64,000 nt of DNA from a virus. The notes beneath the pieces were generated by a model that saw only the letters and a list, made by a program, of their open reading frames with translations, made no database searches and had not been told where the DNA came from. Position numbers and translations under genes: made by a program. Location: the IMG/VR virus record IMGVR_UViG_3300005842_000001, positions 8,806-72,805 of that record; one strand, written 5' to 3'. Of this stretch, positions 9,075 to 17,600 are shown piece by piece. Within the stretch, counting starts at the first letter, position 1; each line of letters starts with the position of its first letter.

Positions 9075-9500
9075 ATGGCGGCATCAGCGTGGGCATTCAC
9101 TGACACTGGACGGACAAGTCTACTCAATGGCACATTCGACATTGATTCTGACAGCTTCAAAATGGCTCTATTGCAGTCTACCAGCAATATCGGAGCATCA
9201 AGCACCACTCATGCTGGTGTTACAAACGAAGTGGCAAACGCCAACGGATACACTACTGGCGGCATAGCAGTAACCTTGACGCTGGCCGGTACTACCACAG
9301 TCACTGTTGACATATCGACTGACCCGGTGTGGACAGCTTCAGGCGGTTCGATCACTGCTCGGTTTGGTGAGATTTACGAAGTTGCTGGCAACGTGCTTTG
9401 CTACAGTACGCTTGACACGACGCCAGCAGATGTGTCAGCAACAACCGGCAACACGTTGACTGTTGCTGCCAATGCCAGCGGTGTCTTTACCTTAGCTTAA
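9075..9500 (+). CDS. putative virion structural protein
   Basis: FDIDSDSFKMALL...NEVA..NGYTTGG; T/A/G-rich, beta-strand-like. Confidence 0.65.
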   Translation: MAASAWAFTDTGRTSLLNGTFDIDSDSFKMALLQSTSNIGASSTTHAGVTNEVANANGYTTGGIAVTLTLAGTTTVTVDISTDPVWTASGGSITARFGEIYEVAGNVLCYSTLDTTPADVSATTGNTLTVAANASGVFTLA

Positions 9501-9501
9501 A

Positions 9502-10014
9502 GTGGGAGTCATCACCGTGAGAGAATCAGTATTGCGAACGCTGCCAGAAATGGCAAAAACAGAATCCGGCCCATTCTGCAAGCTGGCTCTCAGTTGCATG
9601 AAGGTTGACGTTAGAAACTATCCACGTTTTGAAAAGCTAGAAGACGTGATCAAGGCTGCTGGTCACAAGATCGATTACAAAGAGAAAGAAAACATCACCA
9701 TCTGTACCGTCAAGGGCAAGGGTGGTCACATTCGATCTGATGACAACGGCAATGAAGTCTTTCACGAAAATCCTGAAGCGCTATTGGCTCACGGCGTTGA
9801 CGTTGACAAAGATGAAGCATTGCTACAGGCTCTCTTGGGCGCTATGCGTGAAGAGATAGCACGAGCAGAGGTAGCCAAGGCTCTCGCTGACAAAGGGCAT
9901 AAGGTCAATCAGGAACTCAGGCAAGAGCTAGAGAGTCGATTTATTCAGAAGGGTGGACACGAGAGACTGAAAGCAGACATGGAAACTCTTGACGCTGCCA
10001 AGCCGGTCAGTTAA
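9502..10014 (+). CDS. hypothetical protein
   Basis: 170-aa ORF. Confidence 0.6.
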   Translation: MGVITVRESVLRTLPEMAKTESGPFCKLALSCMKVDVRNYPRFEKLEDVIKAAGHKIDYKEKENITICTVKGKGGHIRSDDNGNEVFHENPEALLAHGVDVDKDEALLQALLGAMREEIARAEVAKALADKGHKVNQELRQELESRFIQKGGHERLKADMETLDAAKPVS

Positions 10015-10029
10015 ACCAGCGGGGGCATC

Positions 10030-11889
10030 GTGGCTACTCGCTTCTATTTCTCAGCATCAACAACACCGACAAACAGTCCAGGCTTTGCCGCCTGGACTCG
10101 TACCTCTGAAGGTGTACGCCGCAAAATGTCGCCCACCAAAGATGGTAGCGCCATGACGGGGCTAACGACATTCGCCAACACTTCACCAGCAGCCAACGCC
10201 TCATCGTTAGTCGTCCAGTTTTCGAGTGATCCGCTGTCAGTCGGAATTGCTTTCTCTTCGCTCGATACTGTCAAGTGCCAGATACGTTGCAATGAATCAG
10301 CAGTCAATGACAACATCAATCGCGCTCCGATCTGTGTGAAGATTTACAACGGTACGACTCTGCAAGCAACGCTCTTGGCGTTGGCAGCAGTCGGCCCAAA
10401 CACGACTGAATGGCCTACTTCAGCCACCAATAAATCAGTTGCTGATGGTGATGCTTGCTCAGGTATTGCACCGAGCTACACAACGGTGGCCGGTGATTAT
10501 CTCGTCGTGGAAGTGGGAGCGCAAGTTGACGCCACTGGCGGTACGTCTGTCACTGGTACGATGAGCATCGGCTCGAATAGTGGCACTGATCTTGGTCAGA
10601 ATGAAACTGATACATCGGCTTTTAACCCTTGGTTTGAAATCAGTCGAACGCTCTCTTTCGATACGACGATTACCGTTCCAACTAAATCGCTGACACTGAC
10701 AAAGTTTGCACCGTTGGCCAACCTGACAGTGATTCCACCAGTGAAGTCGCTGACACTTACGAAGTTTGCGCCGACAGTCAGCGTACCTAACAATCAAACA
10801 GCAACGCCGCCAACAAAGGCACTGACACTTACCAAGTTTGCACCACAAGCCAATAAAGCGATCATCCCACCTGTGAAGGCATTAGCCACTACGAAGTTTG
10901 CACCTTCAGCGATCATCGGGCAGATCGTTACCGTTCCTGTCAAGACGCTGGCGCTCACCAAGTTTGCCCCTGCTACTGTCTTTGGTCAGTCAGTCATTGT
11001 GCCAGTCAAGACGTTGACACTGACAGCGTTTGCACCAACAGTACAGACGCCGAGACTCGTGACAGTGCCACTGAAGACGCTGACCACTGCAAGGTTTTCT
11101 CCTCAAGTCAACAAGGCGATCATCCCGCCAGTGAAGTCGTTGACCATCAGCACATTTGCTCCGAGCATCGGCAAAGGCTACATCGTTCCAGTGAAGCAAC
11201 TCACCATCACCAAGTTCGCTCCTTCGATTGGCAAGGGCTATGTGGTGCCAACGAAGTCACTCACGTTGAGTACATTCAGCCCGGCGATAGCGATGCCTAG
11301 AACAGTCACACCACCAACACAATCATTGCTGCTGACACGCTTTGCACCTACCGCATTTGCCAATGCTGGACTCACGATCACACCAGGAACAAAGAATCTG
11401 CTACTGACTCGGTTCGCTCCTGTTGTCGTCAATCCTCGAACGATCACGCCGAATACATCGTCTCTGAGTCTTACCCGCTTTGCCCCTGTGATCGCTGTAC
11501 CTCGCACAGTGACACCGGCAACAGCGTCTCTGTCTCTTGCTAGATTCTCGCCATCAGTGAATGTGCCTACTATGATCACGCCGCCCACACTGGCGATGCA
11601 CTTGGCTTTATATTCACCTGAAGCGTGGAGTCCTGTTAGAGTAATTCCTCTCCCTCTCAGCTTGACGATCAGCACCTTTTCACCTGTTATCACCGGCAGG
11701 ATTTATGAAACGTACATGGTGTATGGTGTGAGACTGACAAACGATCCTTTCAGGATGAGAGGTGTCTCTCTCGTCAATGATCCTATAATCATGACTGGCG
11801 TTTCACTGGCCAATGATTTATATATAGTCAGCCCGTTGCTAACTCATCTTAGGATAGTGACGGGTGGAGTGATGCCAGATGGAGGGTGA
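10030..11889 (+). CDS. repeat-rich putative fibre/structural protein
   Basis: N-terminal globular region, then 16 copies of xxPxKxLTLTxF[AS]P and 3 copies of xGVxLxND. Confidence 0.7.
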   Translation: MATRFYFSASTTPTNSPGFAAWTRTSEGVRRKMSPTKDGSAMTGLTTFANTSPAANASSLVVQFSSDPLSVGIAFSSLDTVKCQIRCNESAVNDNINRAPICVKIYNGTTLQATLLALAAVGPNTTEWPTSATNKSVADGDACSGIAPSYTTVAGDYLVVEVGAQVDATGGTSVTGTMSIGSNSGTDLGQNETDTSAFNPWFEISRTLSFDTTITVPTKSLTLTKFAPLANLTVIPPVKSLTLTKFAPTVSVPNNQTATPPTKALTLTKFAPQANKAIIPPVKALATTKFAPSAIIGQIVTVPVKTLALTKFAPATVFGQSVIVPVKTLTLTAFAPTVQTPRLVTVPLKTLTTARFSPQVNKAIIPPVKSLTISTFAPSIGKGYIVPVKQLTITKFAPSIGKGYVVPTKSLTLSTFSPAIAMPRTVTPPTQSLLLTRFAPTAFANAGLTITPGTKNLLLTRFAPVVVNPRTITPNTSSLSLTRFAPVIAVPRTVTPATASLSLARFSPSVNVPTMITPPTLAMHLALYSPEAWSPVRVIPLPLSLTISTFSPVITGRIYETYMVYGVRLTNDPFRMRGVSLVNDPIIMTGVSLANDLYIVSPLLTHLRIVTGGVMPDGG

Positions 11890-11892
11890 GCG

Positions 11893-12180
11893 ATGAGGCA
11901 GATCGTAGCTGAAGAGACTGGCAGAACTCTTGTTTTCGATGACTTCGGCATTGATTGGCAGGGGCTTGGCTACACACTGAAACTTGAAGCCACCGACGCC
12001 AACGAGGTTACAAGAATACATGCAATATCGCCAAGCGTGACTTACCCACACGGCGGGCAGATCGTCGGCACAGATGATATTATGCCGATTTCTGGTCGGT
12101 ACACTTGCGTTGTCTACGAAGAGAACAACCTCTACATCAGTAGCCGATTCACTGTTACAATTGGTCAGGGACATTATTAG
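11893..12180 (+). CDS. hypothetical protein
   Basis: GGAGG upstream. Confidence 0.55.
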   Translation: MRQIVAEETGRTLVFDDFGIDWQGLGYTLKLEATDANEVTRIHAISPSVTYPHGGQIVGTDDIMPISGRYTCVVYEENNLYISSRFTVTIGQGHY

Positions 12181-12227
12181 TAGGTTGGCATCTTCCAATT
12201 CAAACGGAAGAATATATCTATAGGCAA

Positions 12228-12875
12228 ATGAGCGAAGAATCACAGACACTGATTCCACCAAGAGAAGATCGACCGAAGCGCAAGCCTTCAGTTGACAAGA
12301 TGGTGATTGAGTACCGCAGAATGTTGGTGGCTCAAAAGTATTTGCGCGGGCAGTCAATGGACAAGATTGCTCAAGAGATGCCCCCAGAGTTGGCTTGCTC
12401 AAGAAGTTCTGTTTACCGTGACTTACAAGCGCTTCGTGAGATATGGCGAAAAGAAGCCAACCTGCCTATTGCAGACATGCGAGCAAAAGAACTCGCCAAG
12501 ATCGATGAGCTTGAACGAACTGCATGGGAAGCGTATGAGATAAGCAAGGGCGACAAGATCGTGTCTCGATTCGGTACAGTGCTGCCAGCGACTACAGCAG
12601 GAAGCAAGCCATCAGTGACTGGCGCCCACACTCGGACGATCACAAAATCAACCGCTGGTAATCCGCGCTTTCTAGAAATGATAGAAAAGTGCATCAATCG
12701 TCGGTGTGAAATCTTAGGTCTCAAACGTCAAACGACTCTCGATCCTATGGCTGACATGCCCATACTTGGCATATCATTCATCGTCCGTAAGCCACAAGAG
12801 CCAAAGCAGATCGAAGCAACACAATTGGATTCAATGGAACCAAGCAATGACGGCGAGAATGAACCAACTGCCTGA
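12228..12875 (+). CDS. putative terminase small subunit (HTH)
   Basis: YLRGQSMDKIAQE...SRSSVYRDL helix-turn-helix; overlaps the large subunit start. Confidence 0.65.
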   Translation: MSEESQTLIPPREDRPKRKPSVDKMVIEYRRMLVAQKYLRGQSMDKIAQEMPPELACSRSSVYRDLQALREIWRKEANLPIADMRAKELAKIDELERTAWEAYEISKGDKIVSRFGTVLPATTAGSKPSVTGAHTRTITKSTAGNPRFLEMIEKCINRRCEILGLKRQTTLDPMADMPILGISFIVRKPQEPKQIEATQLDSMEPSNDGENEPTA

Positions 12876-14325
12876 GCCGCCATTCTGGAACCCGCTGGCA
12901 ACTCAGAACGAAAAAGACCCAACCGTAAACCCCGGCAAGTTTTCGTGGATGGGTTCTGATGGTCGTGTGTACTTTGATCTACATGAGGGGCAAGAGAAAG
13001 CTCTTGAGAGTGAAGCAAGATTCATTGCGATCATTGCTGGCACTCAGTCGGGTAAGACAGAAAGTGGACCGCCTTGGCTCTATAACGAAATAGCAAAGCG
13101 TGGCCCTGGCGATTACATCGTTGCATCACCTACCTATCCGTTGCTTCAGAAGAAAGCTCTCCCAGCGTTCATTGAGCTATTCGATACCAAGCTGAAGCTC
13201 GGTCGATACTTTCCAGGTTCAAAGCAGTTCAAGTTTTCCAAAGAAGGATCGAGACGAATCTTTGGACGCTATGTCGACGAAAAGACCATCGTGTTCTTCG
13301 GTCATGCTCAAGACCCAGAGAGCTTGGAGTCAGCGACAGCGAAGGCAGCGTGGCTTGATGAAGCGGGACAACGCAAGTTCAAGCTGGCGTCATGGGAAGC
13401 GTTGCAGCGACGTTTGGCGATGCACATAGGCCGGGCGTTCATCACCACGACGCCTTACGATCTTGGCTGGCTCAAGAAGCAAATCTATGACCGCTGGAAA
13501 GCTGGCGACAAAGATTATGAAGTGATCAACTTCCGTTCGACGATGAACCCGGCTTTCAGTCTGAGAGAATACAACCGGGCAATGAAGACACTGCCCCGGT
13601 GGAAGTTCGATCTGTTCTATAACGGCATATTTACCCGCCCAGCCGGTGCGATCTATGATTGCTTTGAAGAGAAAAAGCATACTTGTCCACGGTTCGCCAT
13701 CCCTGATCATTGGGAGCGATTGCTCGGAGTCGATTTCGGCGGCATCAATACTGCTGGCGTGTTCTTTGCCAAAGAGCCGAATACGGGGCGGCTGTTCGGT
13801 TATCGAGAGTACAACAAAAACTATTTCAACGGTGTCTTGCACGAGGGACTACCTCACACTGGCGGCACTTTGTCATGCAAGAAGCACGTTGAGAATCTGC
13901 TCACTGGTGAAGTGATGATACCTTATGCCGTGGGCGGGGCTAAGTCAGAAAATCAATGGCGTGAAGAGATGCGAAGCGCTGGGCTTCCGGTTCGTGAGCC
14001 TGATCAGAACGAAGTAGAAATCGGCATTGGCCGGGTGTATGGCGGCATCAAAGAGAACCTGGTGGTGTTCTTCGATGATCTGATTTACACGCTTGATGAG
14101 TTTTCCACTTACTCACGAGAGATGGACGATCAGGGAGAAGTCACCGAAGAGATTGAAGATAAAGAAACGTATCACCATCTTGACGCCTGTAGATATATAT
14201 TAGGCGACGAGTTCAGAGACATACTGACATGGAAGGATATGAAGACTGGCGAAGATCATCAAGAATCTGTAAATCAATACACAGCGCATCGTCAATCGGC
14301 CAGTGAAATCCTGAAGACTCTCTAA
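12859..14325 (+). CDS. terL: terminase large subunit
   Basis: Walker A AGTQSGKT, Walker B WLDEAG, ITTTP; nuclease motifs GVDFG and HHLDACRY. Confidence 0.9.
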   Translation: MNQLPEPPFWNPLATQNEKDPTVNPGKFSWMGSDGRVYFDLHEGQEKALESEARFIAIIAGTQSGKTESGPPWLYNEIAKRGPGDYIVASPTYPLLQKKALPAFIELFDTKLKLGRYFPGSKQFKFSKEGSRRIFGRYVDEKTIVFFGHAQDPESLESATAKAAWLDEAGQRKFKLASWEALQRRLAMHIGRAFITTTPYDLGWLKKQIYDRWKAGDKDYEVINFRSTMNPAFSLREYNRAMKTLPRWKFDLFYNGIFTRPAGAIYDCFEEKKHTCPRFAIPDHWERLLGVDFGGINTAGVFFAKEPNTGRLFGYREYNKNYFNGVLHEGLPHTGGTLSCKKHVENLLTGEVMIPYAVGGAKSENQWREEMRSAGLPVREPDQNEVEIGIGRVYGGIKENLVVFFDDLIYTLDEFSTYSREMDDQGEVTEEIEDKETYHHLDACRYILGDEFRDILTWKDMKTGEDHQESVNQYTAHRQSASEILKTL

Positions 14326-14338
14326 GTCAGGAGCAATC

Positions 14339-14671
14339 ATGCAAGTTGTCGTCCTGCTCGTCAAGGATCACATTCAGTACAAGTGTCCTGCTTGCGGCTG
14401 GCATGATCTGCCTGTGAAGGTGAACGTAAAAGAAAACAGATCATGGGAATGGAACGGCGATTTAGAAAAGCCGACGATCACTCCATCAGTGAGGCACTTT
14501 CACAACGGCATGCCAGCAGAAGGCATCAAGCCTTTTTGTTGCCATTACTACATCAGAAATGGCGTGTTTGAGTTCCTGCCTGATTGCACTCACGACAAGG
14601 CCGGGCAAACTATTCCAATGACACCGTACACAGATGCGGAAGTTAAACTTCATTCACTCGAAACGAAATAA
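14339..14671 (+). CDS. DUF6527-like Cys/His protein
   Basis: CPACGWH...WEWNGDLEKPTITPS...CHYYI.NG..EFLPDCTH. Confidence 0.7.
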   Translation: MQVVVLLVKDHIQYKCPACGWHDLPVKVNVKENRSWEWNGDLEKPTITPSVRHFHNGMPAEGIKPFCCHYYIRNGVFEFLPDCTHDKAGQTIPMTPYTDAEVKLHSLETK

Positions 14672-14680
14672 GGGACAGTC

Positions 14681-17600
14681 ATGAATCAATTACCAATGAA
14701 TCCTGGCAACGACATGACCGACGTTCGCATCAAGTCGGGACTATTCGGCGGCATGGGCGGTATTGGCCGACAGATGGGCCGGGTGATGTACCGCACCGGG
14801 CAGTTCCTCGGTGTCATGCCTTGGGAGACGCCGAGACGTTCACAGATCGGGGTCGATCCCATCGGTGAAGAGTTCATGCTCAATGAGGATCAGCAAGCTA
14901 AGGCCCGCTTGATGGGTCAGAAAATCTATCACGAGTTTGTTGCTGGTCGTTTCAGCTTCTTGTCCAACGACGATGGCAAGAGCAACGAAACGCCTCAGAT
15001 GCGTGAAGAATACTGGAAGTTTGCAGTCACAGAGCCAGCGCTTGACGCTGCTCTGTGGACAAAGATCACCGCAGTCATCGCCAATGAATTGATCATCAAG
15101 CCATCATCGAAGTCAGGCTTTGATCGATACATTGCCGATTGGGTGCATGACTGCATTATCAGATGCAAGGGCGGCTTGCGCAACATCGGTGAGCAGATTC
15201 TCTTTCATGGTCAAGTGTACGGCAATGTGTTATGTGAACCGAAATGGAAGCACGAGCATCGGCAAGTCCACTCAACGATGTTCCCTTATGGTTTCTGGAC
15301 GCTGAAGGATTTCGTTGCAAAGCCACCGGGCGATTACAAATTGGAAATCGATGGCTTCAGAAACATCACCGGCGTCTGGTCGGCAAAAACTGCTGAATGG
15401 TTCGATCCTACTTACTTCGTTTATTGGGCTCACAAGCCGATCTATGGCAACATGGGCGGCACGTCGGGCGTTCGCAGTGTCAGACGAGCTTGCACTCTTC
15501 TAAAGCTGGCCCACAACTATCGAGGCATCTACCTTGAGCAGTTCGGCTTGCCGATGATCAAGGCGACTTACCCCCAGAACGATGACGACTCTCAGCGCAT
15601 CGCAAGAGCAGCGATTCAACACGCTCGATCACTCGGCTACATCTTGATACCAGAAGGTGTTGACGTTGAGGCATTGACACTGGCACAGCGCGGCGAGTCT
15701 GACTATCAGGATGCCATTGACGATTACCGAAAAGAAATCTTCCTTGGGCAGACAGGATCGTACCTGTATGCGATGGAAGGAAGCGTAGGTCATGCTGCTG
15801 GCAATTCAGAGACTCACCGCAGTACGCTTGATCTGTGGGTTGGGTATCTCAGCAAGATTCTGGAAGAGATTCTCAATGATCAGATCATTCCCTGGCTGAT
15901 CACGCTAAATATATACAACGCTGATCCGCCACGAGCTATGATCGGCGGCGTCAACGATGAAGATTTGAAAGCATCACTTGAGGTTGACGATAAATTGATT
16001 AGCTGGGGTGTTGAGCTTGATGAAGATGAACTACGAGATCGCTACCACCGATCAGCGCCAAAGAATGGCAAGGGCATTGGCGGCATGAATCGCTTGATGC
16101 TTGGGATGAACAATGGCATGGGAGCAAACAATGTACAAGGCAACCCGTTCGCTGGGCAAGCCGCTTCATTCCCGTTGCAGAATCAGGGGCAAGCCGCGAA
16201 TAACAATACACCGCCGCAAAGAGATGATCAGACAGTTAAGTTCTCAGCAGATGACGAGGACTTTACACAGCAGCAAAACTATACTTGCGGAACGGCATCA
16301 CTCCGATTCGCCATGAACCATTTTGGTGTCACTCCGCCTGAAGAAAGTGTGCTGTCCCTATTACTTGGTACGACACCAGCACAAGGCACGAATGCAGCCT
16401 CAATCGTGAGGCTGGCAAAGCAGAATGGGCTAGAGGCTGAAGGCCAGTCCAACATGACAATGCTCGAAATGTCAGAGCGTCTGAAGGATGGGGCAGTCGT
16501 ACTGGCTCCCATTCAGAAGTTCGGGTCACCTGAAGAGAAAGCGAAGAATCAGACTGGTCACTGGATCGCTGTAACACGTCTTGATGGTTCAAGCGGTATG
16601 CTTGAATACTTCGATCCAGTTTTGGGCAGTGACAAGCCCTGCTGGGAGTCGTTGCAGACGTTCGCTGCCAACTGGCATGATCGAGATGGTGATGGGAAGA
16701 TGTTGCCCAGGTATGCGATCACGATCAGCGAACCTAAAAAAAAAATGACATTCAGCACCGATGATCTGCAACTTGGATACATCTCGATTCCGCTGCCTGA
16801 GTTCGCTGAAGCAATCCAGAAGGTGCAAAGCGCGATCGATCCTGCTGACTTGATCAAGACTGAGAATGATCATCATATCACGTTGCTTTATGGTTGTGGC
16901 GCTGACAGCTTCGATGACAGCGTGAAGCTCTGCGCTAGCATTGCACCAATCAAGATGACTTTTGGCGGCACATTCACACTGTCGCCAAAAGATGCGGACC
17001 ATGACGTTCTGGCGTTCAAAGTCTATGGCGATGCTCTTGAGAAAGCAAACTACAGTCTCGCCAGCGGGTTAGAAGTCAAGCAAGACTACGATACCTTCCA
17101 GCCCCACGTCAAAATAGGGCGGCTCAAACAAGGGGCAGGGTCAAAATATACTTCACCATCATTTGCGGGCTTCTCAGCATTGCTGGGCGATTCCAAGGTG
17201 GCTGAGTCTGCTCAGTTCAAGGTAAAGGGTGGTGAAGCGTTAAGCCTCCCTTTTGCCGCAGTGTCTGATTTACCAGTTCTGAAGTTCTCAGAAGAGCCAG
17301 CAAGCGATGAAGTTGCCAAGCCGGGTAAAGATGGCGACAAAGCAGATAAGCTGCTACAGAACGTCAAGGAAGACGGTACAGCGATCCTGGCTCGACTTTG
17401 CAAAATGGCATATCGCCGCATGCTTGATAATGGCGTTGGTGGCAGTCAGCTATTCACGATGCAAGAGAGGAACGAACTCACCGAAGCATTCTTGGGCTGT
17501 GTGATCAATGCCAATCTGCTTGGTCGATCATCCACCATCAGCAAGTTCCTGAGAGACCAAGATGAATCGAGAGTTGATCGATTCGCTGATGAAACGCCAT

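Noticed and set aside
10669-11690. F[AS]P repeats as protease sites like the F-[SA]-acidic motif
   Set aside because: They are followed by Pro rather than acidic residues and form part of a structural repeat.
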